DNA from: Eledone cirrhosa
Taxonomy: Eukaryota
Direction of reading: 5' to 3'
Assembly: GCA_964016885.1 (NCBI GenBank)
Contig: OZ024742.1
Location: 13,206,001-13,270,000 of the forward strand
DNA: 64,000 bases
The notes beneath the pieces were generated by a model, which was given only the letters and a program-made list of their open reading frames with translations, had not been told where the DNA came from and made no database searches. Positions within the stretch are counted from its first letter, which is position 1, and each line of letters begins with the position of its first letter. Both the position numbers and the translations under genes were made by a program. Shown here piece after piece: positions 1 through 16,452 of this stretch.

Positions 1-3000
1 ACACCAACATTATCACTATAACCAACATTATGATCATCACCAACACTATCACCATCACCAACACTATCACCATCACCAACACTATCACCATCACCAACAC
101 TATCACCATCACCAACACTATCATCATCACCAACATTATCCCCATCACCAGCACTATCCCCATCACCAACACTATCACCATCACCAACACTATCACCATC
201 ACCAACATTATCCCCATCACCAACACTCTCACCATCACGAACACTATCACCATCACCAACACTATCACCATCACCAACGCTATCACCATCACCAACACTA
301 TCACCATCACCAACACTATCACCATCACCAACACTATCACCATCACCAACACTATCACCATCACCAACGCTATCACCATCACCAACACTATCACCATCAC
401 CAACACTATCACCATCACCAACACTATCACCATCACCAACACTATCCCCATCACCAACACTATCACCATCACGAACGCTATCATCATCACCAACATTATC
501 CCCATCACCAACACTATCACCATCACCAACGCTATCACCATCACCAACACTATCACCATCACCAACACTATCACCATCACCAACACTATCACCATCACCA
601 ACGCTATCACCATCACCAACACTATCACCATCACCAACACTATCACCATCACCAACACTATCACCATCACCAACACTATCCCCATCACCAACACTATCAC
701 CATCACGAACGCTATCATCATCACCAACATTATCCCCATCACCAACACTATCACCATCACCAACGCTATCACCATCACCAACACTATCACCATCACCAAC
801 ACTATCACCATCACCAACACTATCACCATCACCAACACTATCACCATCACCAACATTATCCCCATCACCAACATTATCCCCATCACCAACACTATCACCA
901 TCACCAACACTATCACCATCACCAACATTATCCCCATCACCAACATTATCCCCATCACCAACACTATCACCATCACCAACATTATCCCCATCACCAACAT
1001 TATCCCCATCACCAACACTATCACCATCACCAACACTATCACCATCACCAACACTATCACCATCACCAACATTATCCCCATCACCAACATTATCCCCATC
1101 ACCAACACTATCACCATCACCAACATTATCCCCATCACCAACACTATCACCATCACCAACACTATCACCATCACCAACATTATCCCCATCACCAACACTA
1201 TCACCATCACCAACACTATCACCATCACCAACACTATCACCATCACCAACACTATCACCATCACCAACACTATCACCATCACCAACACTATCACCATCAC
1301 CAACATTATCCCCATCACCAGCACTATCCCCATCACCAACACTATCAACATCACCAACACTATCACCATCACCAACACTATCACCATCACCAACACTATC
1401 CCCATCACCAACACTATCACCATCACCAACACTATCACCATCACCAACACTATCACCATCACCAACACTATCACCATCACCAACACTATCACTATCACCA
1501 ACACTATCACCATCACCAACACTATCCCCATCACCAACACTATCACCATCACCAACACTATCACCATCACCAACACTATCACTATCACGAACACTATCAC
1601 CATCACCAACACTATCACCATCACCAACACTATCACCATCACCAACACTATCACCATCACCAGCGCTATCCCCATCACCAACACTATCACCATCACCAAC
1701 ACTATCACCATCACCAACACTATCACCATCACCAACACTATCACCATCACCAACACTATCACCATCACCGACACTATCACCATCACCAACGCTATCACCA
1801 TCACCAACACTATCACCATCACCAGCGCTATCCCCATCACCAACACTATCACCATCACCAACACTATCACCATCACCAACACTATCACCATCACCAACAC
1901 TATCACCATCACCAACACTATCACCATCACCAACGCTATCACCATCACCAACACTATCACCATCACCAACACTATCACCATCACCAACACTATCACCATC
2001 ACCAACACTATCACCATCACCAGCATTATCCCCATCACCAACACTATCCCCATCACCAACACTATCCCCTTCACCAACACTATCACCATCACCAACACTA
2101 TCACCATCACCAACACTATCACCATCACCAACATTATCCCCATCACCAACACTATCACCATCACCAACACTATCACCATCACCAACACTATCACCATCAC
2201 CAGCGTTATCCCCATCACCAACACTATCACCATCACCAACACTATCACCATCCACAACATTATCCCCATCACCAACACTATCACCATCACCAACATTATC
2301 CCCATCACCAACATTATCCCCATCACCAACACTATCCCCATCACCAACACTATCCCCTTCACCAACACTATCACCATCACCAACACTATCACCATCACCA
2401 ACACTATCACCATCACCAACACTATCACCATCACCAACACTATCACCATCACCAGCGCTATCCCCATCACCAACACTATCACCATCACCAACACTATCAC
2501 CATCCACAACACTATCCCCATCACCAACACTATCACCATCACCAACACTATCACCATAACCAACACTATCCCCATCACCAACACTATCCCCATCACCAAC
2601 ACTATCACCATCACCAACACCATCACCATCACCAACACTATCCCCATCACCAACACTATCACCATCACCAACACTATCACCATCACCAACACTATCACCA
2701 TCACCAACACTATCCCCATCACCAACACTATCACCATCACCAACACTATCACCATCACCAACACTATCACCATCACCAACACTATCACCATCACCAACAC
2801 TATCAAGATCACCAACACTATCCCCATCACCAACACTATCACCATCACCAACACCATCACCATCACCAACACTATCCCCATCACCAACACTATCCCCATC
2901 ACCAACACTATCACCATCACCAACACTATCACCATCACCAACACTATCAACATCACCAACACTATCAAGATCACCAACACTATCACCATCACCAACACTA

Positions 3001-6000
3001 TCACCATCACCAACATTATCCCCATCACCAACACTATCACCATCACCAACACTATCACCATCACCAACATTATCCCCATCACCAGCACTATCCCCATCAC
3101 CAACACTATCAACATCACCAACACTATCACCATCACCAACACTATCACCATCACCAACACTATCCCCATCACCAACACTATCACCATCACCAACACTATC
3201 ACCATCACCAACACTATCACCATCACCAACACTATCACCATCACCAACACTATCACCATCACCAACACTATCCCCATCACCAACACTATCACCATCACCA
3301 ACACTATCACCATCACCAACACTATCACCATCACGAACACTATCACCATCACCAACACTATCACCATCACCAACACTATCACCATCACCAACACTATCAC
3401 CATCACCAGCGCTATCCCCATCACCAACACTATCACCATCACCAACACTATCACCATCACCAACACTATCACCATCACCAACACTATCACCATCACCAAC
3501 ACTATCACCATCACCGACACTATCACCATCACCAACGCTATCACCATCACCAACACTATCACCATCACCAACACTATCACCATCACCAACACTATCACCA
3601 TCACCAACACTATCACCATCACCAACATTATCCCCATCACCAACACTATCCCCATCACCAACACTATCCCCTTCACCAACACTATCACCATCACCAACAC
3701 TATCACCATCACCAACACTATCACCATCACCAACGTTATCCCCATCACCAACACTATCACCATCACCAACACTATCACCATCACCAACACTATCACCATC
3801 ACCAGCGCTATCCCCATCACCAACACTATCACCATCACCAACACTATCACCATCACCAAAACTATCACCATCACCAACACTATCACCATCACCAACACTA
3901 TCACCATCACCAACGCTATCACCATCACCAACAATATCACCATCACCAACACTATCACCATCACCAACACTATCACCATCACCAACACTATCACCATCAC
4001 CAACATTATCCCCATCACCAACACTATCCCCATCACCAACACTATCCCCTTCACCAACACTATCACCATCACCAACACTATCACCATCACCAACACTATC
4101 ACCATCACCAACATTATCCCCATCACCAACACTATCACCATCACCAACACTATCACCATCACCAACACTATCACCATCACCAGCGTTATCCCCATCACCA
4201 ACACTATCACCATCACCAACACTATCACCATCCACAACACTATCCCCATCACCAACACTATCACCATCACCAACATTATTCCCATCACCAACATTATCCC
4301 CATCACCAACACTATCCCCATCACCAACACTATCCCCTTCACCAACACTATCACCATCACCAACACTATCACCATCACCAACACTATCACCATCACCAAC
4401 ACTATCACCATCACCAACACTATCACCATCACCAGAGCTATCCCCATCACCAACACTATCACCATCACCAACACTATCACCATCCACAACACTATCCCCA
4501 TCACCAACACTATCCCCTTCACCAACACTATCACCATCACCAACACTATCAAGATCACCAACACTATCACCATCACCAACACTATCACCATCACCAACAT
4601 TATCCCCATCACCAACACTATCACCATCACCAACACTATCACCATCACCAACATTATCCCCATCACCAACACTATCCCCTTCACCAACACTATCACCATC
4701 ACCAACACTATCACCATCACCAACACTATCCCCATCACCAACACTATCACCATCACCAACACTATCACCATCACCAACACTATCACCATCACCAACACTA
4801 TCACCATCACCAACACTATCATCATCACCAACACTATCATCATCACCAACACTATCACCATCACCAACACTATCATCATCACCAACACTATCACCATCAC
4901 CAACACTATCACCATCACCAACACTATCACCATCACCAACACTATCACCATCACCAACACTATCATCATCACCAACACTATCATCATCACCAACACTATC
5001 ACCATCACCAACACTATCACCATCACCAACACCATCACCATCACCAACACTATCCCCATCACCAACACTATCACCATCACCAACACTATCACCATCACCA
5101 ACACTATCAAGATCACCAACACTATCCCCTTCACCAACACTATCACCATCACCAACATTATCCCCATAACCAACACTACCACCATCACCAACACCATCAC
5201 CATCACCAACGCTATCACCATCACCAAAACTATCACCATCACCAACACTATCACCATCACCAACACTATCACCATCACCAACACTCTTACCATCACCAAC
5301 ACTAGCCCCATCACCAACACTATCACCATCACCAACACTATCACCATCACCAACATTATCCCCATCCACAACACTATCACCATCACCAACACTATCACCA
5401 TCACCAACACTATCATCATCACCAACACTACCACCATCACCAACACTATCATCATAACCAACACTATCCCCATCACCAACACTATCACCATCACCAACAC
5501 TATCATCATCACCAACACTACCACCATCACCAACACTATCACCATCACCAACACTATCACCATCACCAACACTATCACCATCACCAACACTATCCCCTTC
5601 ACCAACATTATCACCATCACCAACACTATCACCATCACCAACTCTATCACCATCACCAACACTATCACCATCAACAACACTATCCCCTTCACCAACACTA
5701 TCACCATCACCAACACTATCACCATCACCAACGCTATCCCCTTCACCAACACTATCACCATCACCAACACTATCACCATCACCAACACTATCCCCTTCAC
5801 CAACACTATCACCATCACCAACACTATCCCCTTCACCAACACTATCACCATCACCAACACTATCACCATCACCAACACTATCCCCTTCACCAACACTATC
5901 CCCTTCACCAACACTATCACCATCACCAACACTATCACCATCACCAACACTATCCCCTTCACCAACACTATCCTCTTCACCAACACTATCACCATAACCC

Positions 6001-9000
6001 ACACTATCACCATCACCAACACTATCCCCTTCACCAACACTATCACCATCACCAACACTATCCCCTTCACCAACACTATCACCATCACCAACACTATCAC
6101 CATCACCAACGCTATCCCCTTCACCAACACTATCACCATCACCAACACTATCACCATCACCAACACTATCCCCTTCACCAACACTATCACCATCACCAAC
6201 ACTATCACCATCACCAACACTATCCCCTTCACCAACACTATCACCATCACCAACACTATCACCATCACCAACACTATCCCCATCACCAACACTATCCCCA
6301 TCACCAACACTATCCCCTTCACCAACACTATCACCATCACCAACACTATCACCATCACCAACACTATCCCCTTCACCAACACTATCACCATCACCAACAC
6401 TATCCCCTTCACCAACACTATCACCATCACCTACACTATCACCATCACCAACACTATCCCCTTCACCAACACTATCCCCTTCACCAACACTATCACCATC
6501 ACCAACACTATCACCATCACCAACGCTATCCCCTTCACCAACACTATCACCATCACCAACACTATCACCATCACCAACACTGTCCCCTTCACCAACACTA
6601 TCACCATCACCAACACTATCCCCTTCACCAACACTATCACCATCACCAACACTATCACCATCACCAACACTATCCCCTTCACCAACACTATCACCATCAC
6701 CAACACTATCACCATCACCAACGCTATCCCCATCACCAACACTATCACCATCACCAACACTATCACCATCACCAACACTATCACCATCACCAACGCTATC
6801 ACCATCACCAACACTATAACCATCACCAACGCTATCCCCATCACCAACACTATCCCCATCACCAACACTATCATCATCACCAACACTACCAACATCACCA
6901 ACACTATCACCATCACCAACTCTATCACCATCACCAACACTATCACCATCACCAACACTATCCCCTTCACCAACACTATCACCATCACCAACACTATCAC
7001 CATCACTAACACTATCCCCATCACCAACACTATCACCATCACCAACACTATCACCATCAACAACACTATCACCATCACCAACACTATCACCATCACCAAC
7101 ACTATCACCATCACCAACACTATCATCATCACCAACACTATCACAAACACTATCACCATCACCAACACTATCACCATCACCAACACTATCACCAACACCA
7201 TCACCATCACCAACACTATCATCCTCACCAACACTACCACCATCACCAACACTATCATCATCACCAACACTATCACCATCACCAACACTATCACCATCAC
7301 CAACATTATCCCCATCACCAACACTATCACCATCACCAACACTATCACCATCACCAACACTATCCCCATCACCAACATTATCATCATCACCAACACTATC
7401 ACCATCACCAACACTATCACCAACACCATCACCATCACCAACACTATCACCATCACCAACACTATCACCATCACCAACACTATCACCATCACCAACACTA
7501 TCACCATCACCAACACTATCCCCATCACCAACATTATCATCATCACCAACACTATCACCATCACCAACACTATCACCAACACCATCACCATCACCAACAC
7601 TATCACCATCACCAACACTATCACCATCACCAACGCTATCACCATCACCAACACTATCACCATCACCAACACTATCACCATCACCAACACTATCCCCATC
7701 ACCAACACTATCCCCATCACCAACACTATCATCATCACCAACACTATCACCATCACCAACACTATCACCATCACCAACACTATCACCATCACCAACATTA
7801 TCATCATCACCAACACTATCACCATCACCAACACTATCACCATCACCAACACTATCACCATCACCAACACTATCACCATCACCAACACTATCATCATCAC
7901 CAACACTATCACCATCACCAACGCTATCACCATCACCAACACTATCACCATCACCAACATTATCCCCATCACCAACACTATCACCATCACCAACACTATC
8001 ATCATCACCAACACTATCATCATCACCAACACTATCACCATCACCAACACTATCACCATCACCAACACTATCACCATCACCAACACTATCATCATCACCA
8101 ACACTATCCCCATCACCAACACTATCACCATCACCAACACTATCACCATCACCAACACTATCACCATCACCATCTCTATCACCATCACCAACACTATCAC
8201 CATCACCAACATTATCCCCATCACCAACATTATCACCATCACCATCTCTATCACCATCACCAACACTATCACCATCACCAACATTATCACCATCACCAAC
8301 ACTATCACCATCACCAACACTATCACCATCACCAACATTATCCCCATCACCAACACTATCACCATCACCAACACTATCACCATCACCAACACTATCACCA
8401 TCACCAACACTATCCCCATCACCAACACTATCACCATTACCATCACTATCACCATCACCAACATTATCCCCATCACCAATACTATCCCCATCACCAACAC
8501 TATCACCATCACCAACACTATCACCATAACCAACATTATCACCATCACCATCACTATCACCATCACCAACATTATCCCCATCACCAACACTATCACCATC
8601 ACCAACACTATCACCATCACCAACATTATCCCCATCACCAACACTATCACCATCACCAACACTATCACCATCACCAACACTATCACCATCACCAACACTA
8701 TCACCATCACCAACACTATCCCCATCACCAACACTATCACCATTACCATCACTATCACCATCACCAACATTATCCCCATCACCAATACTATCCCCATCAC
8801 CAACACTATCACCATCACCAACACTATCACCATAACCAACATTATCACCATCACCAACACTATCACCATCACCAACACTATCACCATCACCAACACTATC
8901 ACCATCACCAACATTATCCCCATCACCAACACTATCACCATCACCAACACTATCACCATCACCAACATTATCCCCATCACCAACACTATCACCATCACCA

Positions 9001-10170
9001 ACACTATCACCATCACCAACACTATCACCATCACCAACACTATCCCCATCACCATCACTATCACCATCACCAACATTATCCCCATCACCAATACTATCCC
9101 CATCACCAACACTATCACCATCACCAACACTATCACCATAACCAACATTATCACCATCACCATCACTATCACCATCACCAACATTATCCCCATCACCAAC
9201 ACTATCACCATCACCAACACTATCACCATCACCAACATTATCCCCATCACCAACACTATCACCATCACCAACACTATCACCATCACCAACACTATCACCA
9301 TCACCAACACTATCACCATCACCAACACTATCCCCATCACCAACACTATCACCATTACCATCACTATCACCATCACCAACATTATCCCCATCACCAATAC
9401 TATCCCCATCACCAACACTATCACCATCACCAACACTATCACCATAACCAACATTATCACCATCACCAACACTATCACCATCACCAACACTATCACCATC
9501 ACCAACACTATCACCATCACCAACATTATCCCCATCACCAACACTATCACCATCACCAACACTATCACCATCACCAACATTATCCCCATCACCAACACTA
9601 TCACCATCACCAACACTATCACCATCACCAACACTATCACCATCACCAACACTATCCCCATCACCAACACTATCACCATTACCATCACTATCACCATCAC
9701 CAACATTATCCCCATCACCAACACTATCCCCATCACCAACGCTATCACCATCACCAACACTATCACCATCACCAACATTATCCCCATCACCAACATTATC
9801 ATCATCACCAACACTATCACCATCACCAACACTATCACCATCACCAACACTATCACCATCACCAACACTATCACCATCACCAACATTATCACCATCATCA
9901 ACACTATCACCATCACCAACACTATCACCATCACCAAGATTATCATCATCACCAACATTATCACCATCACCAACACTATCACCATCACCAACACTATCAC
10001 TATCACCAACATTATTACCATCACCAACACTATCACCATCACCAACACTATCACCATCACCAACACTATCACTATCACCAACATTATTACCATCACCAAC
10101 ATTATCATCATCACCAACAACCTTATCATCAGCGCCAACATTATGGCCGTCAGTGCCAACACCAACACCA
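1..10170. repeat. 18-bp tandem satellite (ACCATCACCAACACTATC)n, about 560 units, running off the left edge
   Basis: Unit read directly; recurrent variants (ACC>CCC, ACT>ATT/GCT, ATC>TTC); + strand almost lacks G; degenerates near 10120-10170. Confidence 0.98.
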
Positions 10171-10919
10171 ATAATGGAGAATATAATATTTAAAATGTAG
10201 GACAGATGTTTGTTATCGATTAAAATGGGGAAGAAAGGACTGATCTGAAGCTAGAGAAATCTGAAAATATTCAAATTCATGCAAGAACAGCAGGGATTAT
10301 AAAAGTTTTTGGTGAAGAAGTGATAAAACAAAGTTTAGCTGATAATACTGAGGTAAATATTGCTGAGAGAAAATATATAAAGAATTTCTCCAATACAAAC
10401 GTAAAACGTTCTATGTAAATTATTATTTTTCATGTTCTTTTTATTTTAAATTTATCACTTTCTTAAATCATATATTCTCTTCTACAATTTTATTTTTATT
10501 TTCGTCATTGTAATAATTGATATTCCAAAGAGGATTTGGAATAAAATTCAAAATAAAAATAAAGATAAAAATGAAGAGTTATTAAGAATATGATTTAAGG
10601 CATGAGGCATTGACTTGGGAAATATGGTTTCCAAAATAATTTATATTTATATTGATAGAAAAATATGCAGACGATCAGCTTTAGAAATCAAATAGCCAAA
10701 CTTTCGAAGTCAGATTTACGATATTTTTCAAGGAGAAAGGGGCAAACAAGAATATAATATTTATTGGTCATTCCAGCTCGGTACTGAAGGAATCCATTGA
10801 GGAGTTTCTTATAATTTAAAATAAAAGAGATGGAGTTTGGTAGCAATGAAGTATGTCGTAGTGGATGGAGAGAAGCTGGGTAAGTATCGTATTGAAGATA
10901 TGGGAATTTAAGGAAGAAT

Positions 10920-11195
10920 ATGGTGGTGGTGGTGGTGGTGGTGGTGGTGGTGGTGGTGGTGGTGGTGGTGATGGTGGTAGTGGTGGTGGTGGTGGTGGTA
11001 GTGGTGGTGGTGGTGGTGGTGGTGGTGGTGGTGGTGGTGGTGGTGGTATATATGTGGTTATGGTGGTGGTGGTGGTGGTATATATGTGGTTATGGTGGTG
11101 GTCGTGGTGGTATATATGTGGTTATAGTGGTGGTGGTGGTGGTATATATGTGGTTATAGTGGTGGTGGTGGTGGTATATATGTGGTTATGGTGGT
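10920..11195. repeat. (GGT)n microsatellite grading into GGT/ATATATGTGGTTAT compound repeat
   Basis: Directly visible. Confidence 0.95.
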
Positions 11196-11410
11196 GTTCC
11201 TCCGCCATAAGATAGAGGAGGTGGGATCGCCTCCTCCAACGAAAAGTTTTATTCAACAAATTTAATTTAATTTATATTAAAATGTCTTCTATTGAAAAAG
11301 AAAGTAATGCTATATATTGTGTTGTAATAATATAACGGGGAGAATAATTGTATTTGAAAACCAATTCTATAAATAACTGTCAACTTATTGACATTATACA
11401 GTTATATGCA

Positions 11411-11596
11411 GGGCGGTGGATTGGCAGTATCGGTAGAGGCTCGGATGCCATGCTTTGCAGTATAGAGTTACGGCACTTTATGGTTCAAATTCCGCTGAGG
11501 TTAACTTTGCCTTTTGTCCTTATGGGGTCGATAAAATAAAGTACTAGTAATACACTAGGATAATTGCTGGTTTTGTGCCAAAAATAGAAACAATTA
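11411..11596 (+). mobile_element. tRNA-derived SINE (family 1), full length, 14-bp TSD
   Basis: A-box-like TGGCAGTATCGG, B-box-like GGTTCAAATTCC, body GGGGTCGATAAAATAAAGTAC, 3' end AGAAACAATT; TSD ATTATACAGTTATA at 11393-11406 and 11593-11606. Confidence 0.9.
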
Positions 11597-11654
11597 TACA
11601 GTTATACTTTACACCATCTAAAGACTGTCTCGAATCAGGAGGCTCGTTAGTCCG

Positions 11655-11795
11655 GAATTTATCCCGATTTCGTGGCTTGAAGCGAGAAAGAATATACGAC
11701 TTCCCCTGGACAGTACGCCAGTCCATCGCAGCATTAAACCTCCCTGCTATTGCTGGTACTGATGTTCAGCTAAGTATACTGGAGTAACTTGAAAT
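11655..11795 (-). mobile_element. Degenerate SINE 3' fragment (different family)
   Basis: TATCCCGATTTCGTGGCTTGAAGCGAG...CCAGTCCATCGCAGCATT...GCTGGTACT resembles the reverse strand of widespread metazoan SINE tails; recognised from memory only. Confidence 0.4.
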
Positions 11796-12377
11796 GAACC
11801 ATCACATAAAACCAATATATATTCAGGCTAAAGGATTTTCTCTGTTCGTAGAACATAGTTGACATATCTTTATGTATAACAGATAACAAAATAATTTCCT
11901 AAAAACAGAAAAAGTTAACTGTTATTTTCCAGTTTTTCTGTATTGCTTGTTGATAAAATCATTGTCCTTGGATAAAAAAAAATATATAACTGTGAAATGG
12001 TTCTAAAACAATCTATGTGTATAGTTTGAGGGACAATCTCTCCATTGTGCAAAACTGACAAACTCGTATGCTGCTCATGAGAGAGTTAACAATGCTTTAT
12101 CCCAAATAACGATCTCGTACGTCTGTAAGAAAATATGTCTTTGTGCATTTTAATATAAAATATAAAATATAGGTAAGTACGTAAATATTGTATTGACTTA
12201 TAACTGTCGTATATAAGGCAAGATTTCTCTGTCGTAATTCTTTAGTGAAGCGTCTACTTAAAGCATTGTTTGCCATTTATTTAGTTGTTTGCTGCTGCCA
12301 ATAATTAGAATAAGACACTCCTTGGATATTTCAACAACAATATTCTATAAAAACATTGCTTTATCCCCCACCACACG

Positions 12378-12743
<366 letters not shown>

Positions 12744-13352
12744 ATGGTGGCTGCCAACTCGTTTTCGAGTACGGCCACTAATTTATATCCATGTAGGAGA
12801 ACCCCTACCGATGCTCTGAACAAGTGTGACTTTTTAGTCCAGCCAGAGACTTGAAAACTCTGGTACAAACACTACACCTGTGACAATTATTGACACATAG
12901 TGCTGGGCCCATGGCACCATGTGAAGACAAGTGCAGAGAGATCTCCAGATATAAAGCAATGCCTGTGCCGTGAAGCTTTTATAGTGAGCAAAGGCACTGC
13001 ACAAAGCCAGTCCCACTCTCTTAACCAAGATGATATTTACCAAAAAGAAGAACAAGTCAACATCATTGGATACCATCAGGGTTGCAGGTGTTATATCAGA
13101 ATTTTCCTTCTCTTAGAATTCTGCTTTGACAAAAGCTAAGGGGTCATCTCTCCCGGTGATTTTGGATGGCCATTGACTCTTAAGAGTTCCTTTGCCCTTT
13201 GACAGGTTTTGTTTTTAGTCCTGCAGGATGTGCAAAGTTACCCTCCTCACCAAGAAACCTTGGTGGGGTTGCCAGTTTAGTCGCCAACGAGCCGACCATA
13301 GGACAGGTTGTACTGGGATACATGTTACCAGTAGCACCAACTGGTGACCTGA
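12744..13352. mobile_element. Dispersed repeat of unassigned class embedded in (TACA)n; shorter second copy at 62507-62829
   Basis: 12744-13066 aligns with 62507-62829 with scattered substitutions; flanked by TACA repeats on both sides. Confidence 0.8.
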
Positions 13353-13480
13353 CATACATACATACATACATACATATATACACAGATACATACATAGATA
13401 CATATATACACACATACACTAATATGTATGCCCCCACGAATGTATAAAATCACATGCAGAATAAATATTAAACATGTATG

Positions 13481-13674
13481 TATAATTGTTTCTACTTTTG
13501 GCACAAGACCAGCAATTACCCAGTGCATTACTGGTACTTTATTTTATCGACCCCGTAAGGATGAAAGGCAAAGTTAACCTCGGCGGGATTTGAACTCAGA
13601 ATGGCAAGGGCCGTAACTCTATGCATCAAAGCATGGCATCCAACCCTCTACCGATACTGCCAATTCACCGCCCT
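13481..13674 (-). mobile_element. tRNA-derived SINE (family 1), full length
   Basis: Reverse complement of the family-1 sequence from AATTGTTTCT to ACCGCCC. Confidence 0.9.
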
Positions 13675-13792
13675 GTACGTCATTGTGGGGGCATGGTGTA
13701 TATAGAAATATACGAATGAGAAGAATGAATATATTTCAGTGTGTGTGTATATAGATGTATGTGTGTGTGTAGGTGTGTAAGTATTGACGCGC

Positions 13793-14493
<701 letters not shown>

Positions 14494-14579
14494 TTAAACA
14501 ACAATCTAAACAAACCCGGTTAGAATGAAAAGAAAACAAAATTTCAATACGCAAATGATTTCATCAACGTGAGTTTGTA

Positions 14580-14954
14580 TATTATTGTTGCTGTTGTTGT
14601 TGTTGTTGTTGTTGTTGTCATTATTATTGCTGTTGTTGTTGTTGTTATCATCTCTATTATTGGTGTTGTTGTTGTTGTTGTTGTCATCATTATCATTGTT
14701 GTTGTTGTTGTTGTGGTCATTATTATTGTTGTTGTTGTTGCGTCATTATTATTGTTGTTGTTGTTGTTGTTGTCGTCATTATTATTGTTGTTGTTGTTGT
14801 CATTATTATTATTGTTGTTGTTGTTGTTGTTGTCATTATTATTGTTGTTGTTGTTGTTGTTGTCGTCATTATTATTGTTGTTGTTGTTGTCATTATTATT
14901 GTTGTTGTTGTTGTCATTATTATTGTTGATGTTGTTGTTGTTGTTGTTGTCATT

Positions 14955-15010
<56 letters not shown>

Positions 15011-15086
15011 CATCATTATTATTGTTGTTGTTGTTATTATTATCATCACTATTATTATTGATATCATTATTGATATCAATATTATT
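14580..15086. repeat. (GTT)n/(ATT)n/(GTC) compound trinucleotide repeat
   Basis: Directly visible. Confidence 0.95.
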
Positions 15087-15272
15087 GGTGGATTGGCAGT
15101 ATCGGTAGAGGGTCAGATGCCATGCTTTCCAGCATAGTTACGTCCCTTTACGATCTGAGTTCAAATCCCGCTGAGGTTGACTTTGCCTTTCATCCTTACG
15201 GGGTCGATAAAATAAAGTACCAGTAATGCACTGGGCAATTGCTTGCCTTGTGCCTAAAGTAGAAACAATTAT
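15087..15272 (+). mobile_element. tRNA-derived SINE (family 1)
   Basis: GGTGGATTGGCAGTATCGGTAGAGG...GAGTTCAAATCCCG...AGAAACAATT; first few bases missing. Confidence 0.9.
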
Positions 15273-15689
15273 TATTGTTGCTGTCGTCGTTGTTATTATT
15301 ATTATTATCTTGTTATTATTATTGTTGTTATTATTTCTATTATTGTTATCATCAATATTGTTGTTATTGTTCAGTGTAACTTAGATGACGTCTATTTGAT
15401 TTATCTATTTTTCTATTGACAACACTAAAGACTGAGAAACGTCAATAAAGAAAGAAAGTCGTGAAACAAACAAGAATTTCACAAATGAAGAATAAATATA
15501 AAAGTAAAAAATGGTGGAAATGTTGGAGCCAGAAGCAGACATGACAGCATGATATTATGAGAGTATTGTTGGCAAGAATTAACTTTCTATTACAACGTAG
15601 CAAGACTATCGCCATCTTAGACAAACGTTAAACGAGGGAAACACAGCCAGCACTATAAATGTTAACTGTTATTGGCTATCTTCTCAGGG

Positions 15690-15921
15690 TTAACAACAAT
15701 AACAACAGCAACAACAACAACGACGACGACGAGAATGACGATGACGATGACAAAAACAACAAGAACAAACGACGACGACAACGACAACAACAACAACGAT
15801 AACAACAACAACGACAACAACAACAACGACAACAACAACGACAACAACGACGACGACGACAACAACAACAGCGACAACGACGACAAAAGCAGCAAAAACG
15901 ACAACAACGACAACAGCAACG

Positions 15922-15956
<35 letters not shown>

Positions 15957-16112
15957 AGCGATAACAACAACGACAACAACAACAACAACAGCGATAACAA
16001 CAACGACAACAACAACAACAACAACAACGACGACGACGACAACAACGACAACGACACCAGCAACAAAGACGACGACAACAGCAGCAGCAACAACAACAAT
16101 AACAAAGACAAT
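15690..16112. repeat. (AAC)n/(GAC)n compound trinucleotide repeat
   Basis: Directly visible. Confidence 0.95.
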
Positions 16113-16119
16113 TTCTAAA

Positions 16120-16233
16120 TGGTGACACAAGGTCAGCAATTTGTGGGAGAGGATAAAGTCGATTACATCGACTCCAATATGTAACTGGTACTTTATTTAA
16201 TCGACTCTGGGAAGATAAAAGACAAAGTTGGCC
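16120..16233 (-). mobile_element. Older SINE 3' fragment related to family 1
   Basis: CACAAGGTCAGCAATTT...GTCGATTACATCGAC...CTGGTACTTTATTTAATCGAC shares the family-1 body but carries an extra GTCGATT-ATCGAC segment. Confidence 0.65.
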
Positions 16234-16259
16234 ATGAAGAAAAGACATATTAATAATAA

Positions 16260-16452
16260 ATAATTGTTTCTACTTTTGGCACAAAGCCAGCAATTATACC
16301 AGTGTATTACTGGTACTTTATTTTATCGACCCCGTAAGAATGAAAGGCAAAGTTAAACTCGGCGGGATTTGAAGTCAGACCATAAAGGGCCGTAACTCTT
16401 TGCTGCAGAGCATGACGCCAGACCCTCTAGCGATACTGCCAATCCACCGCCT
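16260..16452 (-). mobile_element. tRNA-derived SINE (family 1), full length
   Basis: Reverse complement of family 1 from AATTGTTTCT to TCCACCGCC. Confidence 0.9.

Noticed and set aside
30-10193. 3387-aa ITNTIT ORF and antisense 1246-aa ORF as genes
   Set aside because: Products of an 18-bp satellite; open in both directions by composition, variants are non-synonymous, no domain.
10225-10420. Possible host exon (NGEERTDLKLEKSENIQ..., GAG|GTAAAT)
   Set aside because: In-frame stop just upstream, no good acceptor, no recognisable protein.
11411-11490. tRNA genes at SINE heads
   Set aside because: A/B-box-like motifs only; they continue into a SINE body with TSDs and do not fold as a cloverleaf.
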